The notes under the pieces were generated by a model that had not been told where the DNA came from, did not search any database, and was given only the letters and a program-made list of their open reading frames with translations. 64,000 nucleotides of DNA from a bacterium. Lineage in GTDB: Bacteria; UBA10199; 2-02-FULL-50-16; JAJFLM01. Shown here in pieces: positions 39,629-49,253 of this stretch (its first letter is position 1; each line of letters opens with the position of its first letter). The position numbers and the translations under genes are program-made. The stretch covers positions 1,504,001 through 1,568,000 of the forward strand of contig CBDCFN010000016.1 in assembly GCA_965216315.1 (NCBI GenBank). Reading direction: 5' to 3'.

Positions 39629-41317
39629 ATGACCCTACTCGCCCTCAATCCAGCTCTGGCAACATCGCTGCTGGCCGCCGCAGCATCCGGTCCCGGACCG
39701 ACTGGCACTCAGCAACTCTCGCAGCATATCTTTCGCTTAGCCGCCCACCCGAACATTCGCGAGGTCCCGGCTGAGGCCCTGACCCAGATCCGCACTGGAG
39801 TACAAAGTGATGATAATTTAACGCTTAAGTACGTAGACCAACTGCAATCAAGTGCTGATCCCAGTGCAATCGCCCAGGCCTTGATTGAAATCGGGTCGCG
39901 GCAAAGCGCTGTCGGCAGGCTCGCAACAGCAAATCCTCCCGACTTATCGCAATTAGACATCCCGGAACGTCAACTTGAAACCGATTCGGAAATAACCCTG
40001 CAGGCTTGGCTTAGCAGTCTAACGGGGGGCCAAATCTCTGAGGAAGCCCTGACCCTGGGACAGCGCTGGGGGCGCTATGGTTACTTCCTCAGCGGGGCCG
40101 CCCATATGCTGGGCATACCCGCAGCGCTCATGACTGCAGCCACGGCACTGATTATGGGTGATCCCGTCGTCGGTGGTATTTCCGCCGGATTTCTTACGAC
40201 TTATCTAGCCAACTTTCTACAACGCTACCGACGTAGCAATATCATGCTGCAATCAACGGAACAGGGCCCCTTTACCCCCCGGCAAATCGAAGCGTATCTT
40301 AAAAGTTATCAATTATACCCCGGTGCGCTTCGTGAGCTCAGAGAGGCGTCCGCTCATCGCGATCAGGAATTGTTTGACGTCATCGCAGCCATTGAAGCCT
40401 CGGCAGGACCGAGGGGGCTTCAACCGACACTCAGTTCTAGAGCGTTTCTACAAGGGCTGTACAATTTTCTTAACATTTCGACGATTGGAAATCTAGGGCT
40501 CGCCCGCGATGCAAACGGTGATTACTACGATTTAGCCGCGCAGGCCATTGGACTTGGAGTCATGCAACGCTTGCAGTGGCAGCCGCTCGTCCTACACGGA
40601 GAACGCTTACAAGAACTCAAGGAATTGCAACGCAATAATCCGCGAGCTCGATTTGTTTTCGTCCCCAATCACCGCAGTCACTTGGATACCCTAGTGACGG
40701 TCTCACTCGTCCGAGATTTTCGCGCTCGTTTCGTCGCGAAAGACGCTCTGGGCAAGGCACCGGGGCTCGGCTGGTCACTTTTCCCGGAACCCTGGCATCC
40801 CTTGAAAAACAGCCTCATTCGAGGTCCAGGCAGCATGTTGATCCATCGCGGTGGAGAGGCCTCTCATCGGCATCTGACGGCGTTTGTCGGCGAAAAATTT
40901 GCGGCCCATGAATCCGTGGTCATCTTTCCGGAACAAACACGCCTTGATACGACGGACCGAAATGTCGAATTAGGCATGCGCCCTTATAGAGAAGGCATTT
41001 TTCACGCCGCCCATCATTGGACGAATATTGCCGACGAGACTTATGACATCTATTTTGTCCCGCTATCTTATTATGGAGTCGGTCGAATTTTTCCAAAAAG
41101 TAATGATAAGGCAAGTAGTGAAGGCGGTCTCATGAATCAACCCGTCGCCATGTCAATCGGCACGCCAATTCAAGCCCCCAAAAGAATCAATTCCTCCGGA
41201 GAAAGCGATAGAGACTACATCCACGCATTAAACCGGACAGTCTGGTGGCAACATTGGCAACAGCTTGCGGCACTCCAGTCCTTTATGAACCGCTACAGCC
41301 CCGCGATTTCAAGATAG
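39629..41317 (+). CDS. PlsC-family (LPLAT) acyltransferase with long N-terminal extension
   Basis: FVPNHRSHLD, FVAKDAL, IHRG, VIFPEQTR; leader MTLLALNPALATSLLAAAAS. Confidence 0.8.
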   Translation: MTLLALNPALATSLLAAAASGPGPTGTQQLSQHIFRLAAHPNIREVPAEALTQIRTGVQSDDNLTLKYVDQLQSSADPSAIAQALIEIGSRQSAVGRLATANPPDLSQLDIPERQLETDSEITLQAWLSSLTGGQISEEALTLGQRWGRYGYFLSGAAHMLGIPAALMTAATALIMGDPVVGGISAGFLTTYLANFLQRYRRSNIMLQSTEQGPFTPRQIEAYLKSYQLYPGALRELREASAHRDQELFDVIAAIEASAGPRGLQPTLSSRAFLQGLYNFLNISTIGNLGLARDANGDYYDLAAQAIGLGVMQRLQWQPLVLHGERLQELKELQRNNPRARFVFVPNHRSHLDTLVTVSLVRDFRARFVAKDALGKAPGLGWSLFPEPWHPLKNSLIRGPGSMLIHRGGEASHRHLTAFVGEKFAAHESVVIFPEQTRLDTTDRNVELGMRPYREGIFHAAHHWTNIADETYDIYFVPLSYYGVGRIFPKSNDKASSEGGLMNQPVAMSIGTPIQAPKRINSSGESDRDYIHALNRTVWWQHWQQLAALQSFMNRYSPAISR

Positions 41318-41334
41318 GATCAAGTAGCCGAAAT

Positions 41335-43215
41335 CTAGGTCAACCCGGTATCGGCCTGACGTCCCGCTATTTTTTCCATCTCACGAATGATGGCTGAATT
41401 TAGCTGAAGAATATCGTAATTGGAACGATCGGGGAAATCCTCTGCTCTTATTAATGACTCCGGTGGCAAATAACCGGCAAGTGCCACAAAGCCATCTTCT
41501 TCACCAATTCGAGCCAGATGAAAATTATTATCAGAACTAAAGAAACCACCCAATGAACGAGGAATATCCTGAACGGGGACACCCCCACGGTGGAGGTTGT
41601 TGGCAAAGATATGGATGCCGGAATTAATATTCATGGCCAGCTTGGCATGCATTCCGGTCATGTCACGCGACGGGATATAGGCACCCGGCATATGAAGGGC
41701 ACCAGGATGATTGAGATCCATATAAGGTCCGACCAAGGGATACTCAATCGCCCGCGTTCCAGTCCCAAACATGGCCAACATCATCCCCTCTTTGACACGG
41801 GCCTCCATGGCCTCATAAACTTCGTTCATGATTCTTTCTCGCTCTTCGTCGTTCGCATCCTTAGGCGGACGCTTCAGATAAACGCCTCTCATGTGTAAAT
41901 ACCCTGCCATCGCCGGAATCGCCTTAAACGCCTCTTCTGCGAGAATTGAAGCCGGATTCATCCCCAACAGATAGAGACCACCGATAAGTCCGGCATAATC
42001 CATAGCACCGGTATGCGACCAATGAGAAATGCTTCCCTGACGAACGGTATTCTCCCCTTGAATAAAAGTAGAAAGTCCATCCATAAGTCCCGCCTCAATG
42101 GGACGATGATGTCCAAACAGAGGCGCATTCGCTCGATGCACGATGCGAAACGATCCATACTGCCAACTAAGCAGGTTAAGAGCGAATTGAGTTGCGGCAG
42201 CATAATCAAGGTCTTCCATCGGAAGTTTTCCTGCTTTGGCTTTTTTCACTAAGTCCCGGACGTTCCATACGATCTCTAGAAAGGGTTCCAATGCGGTCAT
42301 CCCATTAGGACCCTGATCAATGAGCTTGGCCTGCGTCTTGATATGAAATGTCAGGGGCGCCCCGAGGGCTTCAATGCCATTATGCCCTATCTTGCGATAA
42401 ATTTTCTGCACGGTCTGATGGAGATCCCGCAGGGCCACTAAGGCCTTTTCTTCCGTTTTCTTGCGCCGATTTTCGCGACAGCCGGGATCATCTTGGCTCA
42501 TGCGCCGATCATATTCGATATACTCCGACATGCTCGTTTCATAAGTACGAAGCGCTGCCTCAAACTTTTTTATCTGTCCCTTTGACGGCGATCGCGTCCC
42601 CTCCTCGGCAACCGCCATGAGATCGCGATAACCGGCAAGTTGCCAGCGAAGTTCCACTTCCTCCGCTTGAACGAGTAATTCCTTTTCTCGTTTCCAGCGA
42701 TCCCAAGCCCTATCCCCAATCCGCAAATTGCGTTCATGGAGATTGGCATCCTGGTAATTCCCCTCCCAGTCCTCAAGCATCTCGCGCCAAAGATCACGAC
42801 TGGCATCATTGATAGCAATCAACTCCTGCTTGGCGGCTTCATACGCTTGACGCCCTTTTGACGAGTGAAGTTCCATACGATTCCTCACCTGATCAGCTGC
42901 CCATGCCAGGCGATCCGAATGAAAGCTGGCATGAGATGAACGAAGAGCCTCCTCTTGGCCGGGAGATGGAAGCTGTTGATAATTAAACCGACTTGAAATG
43001 CGCTCTCGATCAAGAACATACAAAGACGTGCCCCGAGCTTCTACGAATGGCGTAATCCCCGCCAAGAAGCGCCGCGCAATATACCCCCCCATGCTATTGG
43101 AATTCTGACCTGCCCAGGTCTGGGCTTGAGGTGACATGGCGGTCAAGGGACCCGCACTCGAAGCCAAGAGTGCGGAACTTCCCATTGAAATTGTTGAAAA
43201 CGCTGAAAGTGTCAT
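41335..43215 (-). CDS. Divergent acyltransferase-like protein with helical N-terminal extension
   Basis: WSHTGAMD (HxxxxD), ILAEEAFKAIP, GVYLKR, LAMFGTGTR; leader MTLSAFSTISMGSSALLASS. Confidence 0.6.
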   Translation of the reverse strand: MTLSAFSTISMGSSALLASSAGPLTAMSPQAQTWAGQNSNSMGGYIARRFLAGITPFVEARGTSLYVLDRERISSRFNYQQLPSPGQEEALRSSHASFHSDRLAWAADQVRNRMELHSSKGRQAYEAAKQELIAINDASRDLWREMLEDWEGNYQDANLHERNLRIGDRAWDRWKREKELLVQAEEVELRWQLAGYRDLMAVAEEGTRSPSKGQIKKFEAALRTYETSMSEYIEYDRRMSQDDPGCRENRRKKTEEKALVALRDLHQTVQKIYRKIGHNGIEALGAPLTFHIKTQAKLIDQGPNGMTALEPFLEIVWNVRDLVKKAKAGKLPMEDLDYAAATQFALNLLSWQYGSFRIVHRANAPLFGHHRPIEAGLMDGLSTFIQGENTVRQGSISHWSHTGAMDYAGLIGGLYLLGMNPASILAEEAFKAIPAMAGYLHMRGVYLKRPPKDANDEERERIMNEVYEAMEARVKEGMMLAMFGTGTRAIEYPLVGPYMDLNHPGALHMPGAYIPSRDMTGMHAKLAMNINSGIHIFANNLHRGGVPVQDIPRSLGGFFSSDNNFHLARIGEEDGFVALAGYLPPESLIRAEDFPDRSNYDILQLNSAIIREMEKIAGRQADTGLT

Positions 43216-43300
43216 CTTACCTAACGATCATAATTATCTGGAATTACTGGATAATTTCTTATCCATCATGCACCATATAGGACGCAAGCGTCACGGCTGT

Positions 43301-43327
43301 TCTTCGGCCCTAGCGGGCTAAAGTTGT
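43301..43327 (-). promoter_or_regulatory. Sigma28-like promoter, copy 4
   Basis: On minus strand ACAACTTT-N11-GCCGAAGA, 85 nt upstream of the ATG at 43215. Confidence 0.7.
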
Positions 43328-43390
43328 GTTAAATTCCCGTGAAAATGACGCATTGCAAAACTCACGCTCGCTCCTTAAAAGAAGCTGCAG

Positions 43391-44629
43391 ATGTATATTC
43401 AAGCCGAGTGGATTATCCCGATCAGCGCCCCACCCATCCAGAATGGCTGGATCCGGGTCGAAAATGGCCTCATTATGGATATCGGGGAGGAATCTTCCCG
43501 CCCAACAACGCTCGATGAGCCCCTACAGAACCTGGGAGCGGTCGCCGTATTTCCCGGCCTCATCAATGCCCATTGTCACCTTGAATTTGGCCGCCAGGAC
43601 CATCCACGCGATTCTTTTGCCGCCTGGGCCCAGTCCGTTCAGCAGAGTCAGCAGCGAGATTCATTTGAGGAAATGACGGAACGTTGGAACCAGAACGTCA
43701 GGCGCTTGATCGCAACGGGGACGACGACGGTGGCAAATCATTGTAATCGAATGCCTGACATTGGACGGGTCCTGTCCTCTCGAAAAACTTTTGACCCGCG
43801 GCACGGCGGCCGCTCTCAAAAGTCTTCCTCGGGCCACCCGTCACAACTACCGCACATGATCCACATTTGCGAAATCGTCGGGAGTGATCCGACACGCGCG
43901 GCGGAATCTTATCGCAATACCTGCGCTCAACAACTCGAAATACTCAATGAGCAAGGCCAGGCCACAATATCTCCCACGAGTCTCTATGCGGTCGCGCCGC
44001 AAGTTCTCGAAGACTTCTTCAAAAATCGCGACCCTGATTCGTTAGTCTCCGTTCATCTCAAGGAGAGTCACGAGGAAAACGATCTATTCAAAGACAAGCG
44101 GGGCGCCCTCGCCCAGCTGGTGAAAGTCAAAGGCGGCGATCTTTGGCTGACAGACCCTATGACTTGGCTCCGGGAAAAAAATCGCCTTGGTCCCAGTACC
44201 TTGATTATACACGGTAATTACCTCAGCGATTCTGACGTCGGCACCTTGCAAGGGACCGGGGCCAGTGTTATACACTGCCCCGGCAGCCATGCTTATTTCG
44301 GGCATCAGCGCTTTCCCTTGGAGGCGCTTCAAAATAAGAACATCAATATTGCGCTCGGAACCGACAGTCTGGCCAGCAATGATGATCTGAGCATGCTTAA
44401 CGAATTGCGCCGCGTCCGGGATCAGTACTCTGGGCTCTCATTAGAAGAAATTGTTCGCATGGCAACGATCAATGGGGCTGAGGCACTCGGTATCGCTGAT
44501 GAGCGCGGGAGTATTGAAACGGGAAAAAGTGCCGACTTGATCGCAGTCCCGTGCTCGGTGGAAGATCCGTATGAAGCGCTCTTTAACGCGGAGACAACGA
44601 CGCTGACAATGATTGCAGGAACAGCATGA
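43391..44629 (+). CDS. Amidohydrolase, probable aminodeoxyfutalosine deaminase
   Basis: PGLINAHCHLE, VHLKES..E, IIHGN, HCPGS, LGTDSLASN, GSIETGKSADL; first gene of a menaquinone operon. Confidence 0.8.
   Translation: MYIQAEWIIPISAPPIQNGWIRVENGLIMDIGEESSRPTTLDEPLQNLGAVAVFPGLINAHCHLEFGRQDHPRDSFAAWAQSVQQSQQRDSFEEMTERWNQNVRRLIATGTTTVANHCNRMPDIGRVLSSRKTFDPRHGGRSQKSSSGHPSQLPHMIHICEIVGSDPTRAAESYRNTCAQQLEILNEQGQATISPTSLYAVAPQVLEDFFKNRDPDSLVSVHLKESHEENDLFKDKRGALAQLVKVKGGDLWLTDPMTWLREKNRLGPSTLIIHGNYLSDSDVGTLQGTGASVIHCPGSHAYFGHQRFPLEALQNKNINIALGTDSLASNDDLSMLNELRRVRDQYSGLSLEEIVRMATINGAEALGIADERGSIETGKSADLIAVPCSVEDPYEALFNAETTTLTMIAGTA
43764..43842. repeat. Long imperfect palindrome in frame inside amidohydrolase
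   Basis: Nested pairs GACGGGT/ACCCGTC, ACTTTTGA/TCAAAAGT and GCGGC/GCCGC; encodes GRVLSSRKTFDPRHGGRSQKSSSGHPS. Confidence 0.8.
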
Positions 44630-45312
44630 TGAGTGAAGATATTCAAAAAATGTTCAGCTCGATTGCCCCGCGTTATGACCGACTGAATCACGTCTTGTCA
44701 TTTCAAATCGATCGGCTCTGGCGCAAAGAGGCCATCGCCGAACTCAATCATTGCCACAATGTCCTCGACCTGTGTGCAGGAACATTGGACCTTTCCATCA
44801 TGCTCGCCAAGCAATCGCCTAAAGTTCATATCGATGCCGTCGATTTCTCGGCCGAAATGTTGCGCCACGGGGAACTAAAACTAGATGACACTATGCGTAC
44901 CCGCATTCGCACCTATTGTGCGGATATCCAAAAACTCCCGTTCAAAGACGACACGTACGATGGTGCGATGGTTGCCTACGGCATGCGCAATGTCGACGAC
45001 AACCAGCGCGCCTTGACCGAAATCCTTCGTGTTATCAAACCCGGCGGCAAACTTGTCGTTCTGGAATTTTTCAAACCCAATCGACTCGCGGCGCGAATCT
45101 TTCACGCGACGTATGGCCGCTTTGTCATTCCCTGCCTCGGCGGTCTTATCAGCGGCAACCGTCAGGCCTATCGCTACCTGCGTGATTCCATTCGCGGCTT
45201 TCACACGACCGAAGAGTACGAATCCTTGATGCAGCGCTGTGGGTTTCGTGAGGTTACCTTTCGCCATCAGTGGGGGGGAGCCAGCACCCTGTTTATGGGG
45301 AAAAAACCATGA
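44626..45312 (+). CDS. menG: Demethylmenaquinone methyltransferase (UbiE/MenG)
   Basis: MFSSIAPRYDRLNHVLS..IDRLWR, VLDLCAGT.D, YGMRNV, KPGGKLVVLEF, AYRYL.DSI. Confidence 0.92.
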   Translation: MMSEDIQKMFSSIAPRYDRLNHVLSFQIDRLWRKEAIAELNHCHNVLDLCAGTLDLSIMLAKQSPKVHIDAVDFSAEMLRHGELKLDDTMRTRIRTYCADIQKLPFKDDTYDGAMVAYGMRNVDDNQRALTEILRVIKPGGKLVVLEFFKPNRLAARIFHATYGRFVIPCLGGLISGNRQAYRYLRDSIRGFHTTEEYESLMQRCGFREVTFRHQWGGASTLFMGKKP

Positions 45313-45866
45313 AGTTTGTCATCGCTGTTACCGGGGCCAGCGGCGCCCTCTACGCCATTCGCCTCCTCAATTTTTTAAGCACGACGCCCCATCATATCGA
45401 GCTGGCCGTCAGTCCCAACGCCGTTGAAATCGCCAAAGACGAATGCAATTTTGATTACTATCAGACAGATCTGCCCATTTATGGCCCTAAGGATTTTAAC
45501 GCCGCCTTTGCCAGCGGCTCGGCACATTTTGATGCGATGGCGATTGTCCCATGCAGCATGGGGACACTTGGGCGCATTGCGCACGGGTATTCCGAATCTC
45601 TCGTGACACGTGCCGCCGATGTCTTTCTTAAAGAAAAGCGACCGTTGATACTCGTGCCCAGAGAAACCCCCCTCAATCTGGTTCACATCGAGAACATGAG
45701 ACTCTTGGCGCAAGCAGGCGCGACAATCATCCCGGCGATCCCCTCTTTTTATTCAAAACCGGGCACGATTGAGGAGGCCGTTGATACCGTTGTCGCACGC
45801 ATACTCGACCAAATGGGCGTTGAAAATGAATTGAGACCACGCTATGGCAATCACCCGGAAGATTAA
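45309..45866 (+). CDS. ubiX: Flavin prenyltransferase
   Basis: AVTGASGA.Y, ASGS, PCSMGTLGRIA.G, RAADV.LKEKRPLILVPRETP, P.FY.KP. Confidence 0.95.
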   Translation: MKFVIAVTGASGALYAIRLLNFLSTTPHHIELAVSPNAVEIAKDECNFDYYQTDLPIYGPKDFNAAFASGSAHFDAMAIVPCSMGTLGRIAHGYSESLVTRAADVFLKEKRPLILVPRETPLNLVHIENMRLLAQAGATIIPAIPSFYSKPGTIEEAVDTVVARILDQMGVENELRPRYGNHPED

Positions 45867-46704
45867 ACAGACCTTTGAACTCATCCGCTTCTCTCACACG
45901 ATCTTCGCCCTTCCCTTCGCGTTGGCCAGTATGCTTGTAGCGGCCCAAGGACTTCCCTCTCTCCGTACCATTGGATTGATTCTGGCTTGCATGGTCTGTG
46001 CTCGAACTTCAGCGATGGCCTTCAATCGTTTTATCGATGCGGACATCGATGCGCGCAATCCACGCACTCAAAACCGTCACATTCCAAGTGGCCTCTTATC
46101 AAAGGCCTATGTATTGAGTCTCGCGATTGCCAGCGGAGCGACCTTCATCTTAGCAGCGTACTTCCTTAACTTTCTGGCGGCCATCCTGTCACCCTTGGCG
46201 CTCGCGATCATCTGGCTTTATTCGTTCACTAAACGCTGGACCTATTACACCCAACTTTTCCTCGGGTTATCCTTGGCGATCTCACCGATTGGGGCATGGA
46301 TTGCGGTCACCGGTCAGTTTGCCTGGCCACCCGTGCTATTGGGTGGGGCTGTCGCCTTTTGGGTCGCCGGCTTCGATATCTATTATGCCACCCAAGATCA
46401 TGATTTTGATCAAATGAATCACATCAAATCACTAGTCGTTAAGTTAGGCATTCCGGGGGCGTTACGCCTTGCCCGAATATTCCATGTCCTCACGGTTGGC
46501 TTACTCCTGGGTTTTTCATTCTATGTGCCGGCCCCAACGATCTATCTCTTGACCTGTACCGTCGTCGCCGGGCTCCTGATTTATGAACACAATCTGGTGA
46601 AGGCCGATGATCTGTCGCGAATTGATGCGGCTTTTTTTACGCTCAATGGATGGATTGGGATGCTTTTCTTGGTGGGAACCGCCACGTCCGTGTGGATGGC
46701 CTAG
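45844..46704 (+). CDS. UbiA-family polyprenyltransferase (futalosine-pathway MqnP-like)
   Basis: LIRFSHTIFALPFA, ARTSAMAFNR..DADIDARNPRT.NRHIP.G, YS.TKR, GFDI.YA.QD..FD, AFFTLNG. Confidence 0.9.
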   Translation: MAITRKIKQTFELIRFSHTIFALPFALASMLVAAQGLPSLRTIGLILACMVCARTSAMAFNRFIDADIDARNPRTQNRHIPSGLLSKAYVLSLAIASGATFILAAYFLNFLAAILSPLALAIIWLYSFTKRWTYYTQLFLGLSLAISPIGAWIAVTGQFAWPPVLLGGAVAFWVAGFDIYYATQDHDFDQMNHIKSLVVKLGIPGALRLARIFHVLTVGLLLGFSFYVPAPTIYLLTCTVVAGLLIYEHNLVKADDLSRIDAAFFTLNGWIGMLFLVGTATSVWMA

Positions 46705-47222
46705 ATCACGATGTAGTCGCGGAATAGCTCTTTGTTCTGCCAAAACTCCCAAATAATGTCCCGCAACAGACTTCCGAAGGCGAAATACACGGCGGCGATC
46801 ATGACCGCTATTTGCAGACTCACCCCAAAACCGTTCAACACCGCCATGCGTGCCGGTATCACCGAACGCTTATAAGAAATGGTCACCTGTTCGTGGCTCG
46901 TATCCACATCCGCCGGCAGTCGCAGCCACGCCCACAACCCCATCAACAAACTCAACGGCGTCCCGATCAATACGAGGGGACCAAACCACGGACTTAAGAT
47001 GGACAGTATCCACGCCAACCAGGCCAACACGCTCGCGCGCTTTCCCGTCTCTTTGATCGAGAGATAACGAATGATGGCGCGGATATTGAGGATGAACAGG
47101 ACAACGATGATAACAAAGGTCGCGAGCGCGGCAAGAATCAGCGGCTCCGAGGATGGTGTCGTCGAAGCGAGCATCTTGGCCCATTTTTCGAGCAAGGCTG
47201 GGATGGGATTCGAGTCATTCAC
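46701..47222 (-). CDS. Hypothetical membrane protein
   Basis: 173-aa ORF with several hydrophobic segments; stop overlaps the convergent gene. Confidence 0.6.
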   Translation of the reverse strand: MNDSNPIPALLEKWAKMLASTTPSSEPLILAALATFVIIVVLFILNIRAIIRYLSIKETGKRASVLAWLAWILSILSPWFGPLVLIGTPLSLLMGLWAWLRLPADVDTSHEQVTISYKRSVIPARMAVLNGFGVSLQIAVMIAAVYFAFGSLLRDIIWEFWQNKELFRDYIVI

Positions 47223-47286
47223 TGCTTTTGTGGGTATAGCAGGCTTGCATCAGCTTGTAAATGTAGGACATGGCGAATTCGTCAGA

Positions 47287-47967
47287 CTAGGAATCGAAAG
47301 GTTGCAGCACACCCTGATAGTCCTGTCCATCCCAGTACCAATCTTCCGTCCGCATTAAACACACGTTTGATAATACCCGTGGCCTGATCACGCCGGCGCA
47401 TTCTCCTCCTGTATCTCTTACACTACTATAGACCACCCCATTATCACCACTATCCCTAAGTCCCGCTCCAAACCGCTGAGACTCACTGTAATCAAGCGAT
47501 CGATAATAGCGTGGATATTTCTTTTGCTGCTTACGAAGATCAACAAACTCACCGGCAATTTTCCCGCAAATAACAAGATACGAGATCTTCCCCGCACCGA
47601 TCCCATAATCTCTATTGGATACTGTATGATGATAGACTACTTCCTTGACCGAAGTTTTATAGTCTTTGCTCGCATAATAAACGCCCCAACTGTCATTAAA
47701 CCGACTGCCTGTCCCATCATAAGTATAATGGGCATAGGCTCCTGATATATAGACTGATGATTGAATACTTGTTAAGTCAGCCGCATCAAAGTAAGGGTAT
47801 CGGTTCAAAATTTGCTTGCGAAGATTAAAAGAGCTCTCCAGATCACGTACCGCTGTCTGTTTCCTTGAATCCATTTTTTTGTAGAGTCTGTCAAAAGCGG
47901 AGCGGTCGTACCTGGTCCTAATAAGGCGAAAGCAATTTTCCCAGTTCAGCTTGGTTTTTTTAGTCAA
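47287..47967 (-). CDS. RES-domain toxin (NAD+ phosphorylase family)
   Basis: GSRFN...GVYYAS....SVKEV.YH, Y..SQ.FG..LR..G..GVVYSSVR..GGEC; TTG start directly after the antitoxin. Confidence 0.85.
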   Translation of the reverse strand: MTKKTKLNWENCFRLIRTRYDRSAFDRLYKKMDSRKQTAVRDLESSFNLRKQILNRYPYFDAADLTSIQSSVYISGAYAHYTYDGTGSRFNDSWGVYYASKDYKTSVKEVVYHHTVSNRDYGIGAGKISYLVICGKIAGEFVDLRKQQKKYPRYYRSLDYSESQRFGAGLRDSGDNGVVYSSVRDTGGECAGVIRPRVLSNVCLMRTEDWYWDGQDYQGVLQPFDS

Positions 47968-47968
47968 C

Positions 47969-48382
47969 TTAAATACTCCGAGCGCCTTCGAAGTACCTTC
48001 TAACCTCCAACAGATCGGGAATTGATCTACGCATCTTCTCTAATACCGTCATGCCCTCAAAGATAGGCGCGCTTAGCCTTCTACGAACAAGTCTGTCTGC
48101 ATCTTCCTCATTGGGCACAAGAAGTTCTATGTTCTTAAAAATGCCTAGGATGTGAGATAAGCGTTCACGCTTATCTTTATCCAACTTCAAATTTTCATTG
48201 TTCTGCCAATTGTATAAATTAGCTTTCTGCCGTTCCTCCAGGCCCAGCAGATCAAGCTTTTCAGCCACTGTTAGTCCCCACAGCTTTGCAATCTCTGCAA
48301 AGGCCAACATGCCCGCAGTAGACTGCTCTTCAATGCTAGTCGTTGCCCCCGCATCACCTGGGGATTGGTATTCCGGCTGCAT
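47969..48382 (-). CDS. Xre/MbcA/ParS-type antitoxin
   Basis: GGAGG SD and ATG at 48382; AF..IA..WGL...E...LLG, ERLS.ILGIFK..E.L, P.FEG.T.LE.M....DL..VRRY. Confidence 0.85.
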   Translation of the reverse strand: MQPEYQSPGDAGATTSIEEQSTAGMLAFAEIAKLWGLTVAEKLDLLGLEERQKANLYNWQNNENLKLDKDKRERLSHILGIFKNIELLVPNEEDADRLVRRRLSAPIFEGMTVLEKMRRSIPDLLEVRRYFEGARSI

Positions 48383-48401
48383 AGGACCTCCTGAATGTCT
48401 A

Positions 48402-48434
48402 ATATTATAATATATTCTTAATATAGTATAATAT
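48402..48434. promoter_or_regulatory. Inverted-repeat operator upstream of TA operon
   Basis: ATATTATAATATATT-CTT-AATATAGTATAATAT (15-bp arms, one mismatch) containing TATAAT boxes. Confidence 0.6.
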
Positions 48435-48515
48435 CGGAAAATATACCAGAAAGTTGTCCCTTTAACTCCTCCCTTATTTAATGAATAATAACAGATAGTT
48501 AGAAAGGGGCCGCCC

Positions 48516-49253
48516 CTACTCTCCCGGCGTCGGCACCTCAATCCCGATAAAGTCCGTTTCATTATCATCCGTATCCAAGCCTGGCTCGGTTCGCGTTAGA
48601 CTCCACCCGCTTTCAACATCTAAGGCCGGCAACCCTTCGCCCACACTCAGACCGTCATCGGAGACATTCACGCCACCGGTCCCGTAAACGACGCTATCAA
48701 TCACACTATGATTGCGATCGATAAGTTGCACACCATCCGGGCCGTTCTGTGGATCGAAGTTATCAATGAAATTGTAATTACTAACCTGTGTCGTATCCAA
48801 TGCACCGGTCCGGCCATCCGCGATGACGAAAAATTCTGCATCACCAATCTCCGTCCCGGCAGGTAAATCGATCCGGTCCGTTATCTTGCCGTCTCCTCCA
48901 TTGACGAAGCGCACTCCATAGCCCTCTAAGTTGCCACCCACTTGGGCATAGAGCTCGACGAATAAAACGCCATCCGTGTCACTGCCGGGGACGTCATAAA
49001 GGATTTCATTCAGGACCAAGCCCTGCGGATCGATCAAGGGCTCCGCGGGTTCCGACCCAGCTCCCGTTGGAGTCGATCCGGCACCCTGCTCCGATGATTG
49101 CGACGCGGAGGCGTTATCAGGAGGACTCGTATTGGACGCTTCAGCGGTATTGGAATCATTCTGATTAGAAATATCCGCAATTTCAGGAAAGTTGGCGCAG
49201 GCACTACCTACAAACACCATAATAAATCCAACGACCACGTTGTTAACTTTCAT
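48516..49253 (-). CDS. Lipoprotein with lamin-tail-like domain
   Basis: AAGGAG SD; lipobox-like GSAC; Ser/Pro linker; LVLNEILYD.PGSD....FVEL, PQNGPDGVQL.D....VIDSV.YG, DTDDN..DF. Confidence 0.8.
   Translation of the reverse strand: MKVNNVVVGFIMVFVGSACANFPEIADISNQNDSNTAEASNTSPPDNASASQSSEQGAGSTPTGAGSEPAEPLIDPQGLVLNEILYDVPGSDTDGVLFVELYAQVGGNLEGYGVRFVNGGDGKITDRIDLPAGTEIGDAEFFVIADGRTGALDTTQVSNYNFIDNFDPQNGPDGVQLIDRNHSVIDSVVYGTGGVNVSDDGLSVGEGLPALDVESGWSLTRTEPGLDTDDNETDFIGIEVPTPGE

Noticed and set aside
48383..48568. Long N-terminal extension of the antitoxin ORF
   Set aside because: Runs through the AT-rich promoter/operator; GGAGG supports the ATG at 48382.
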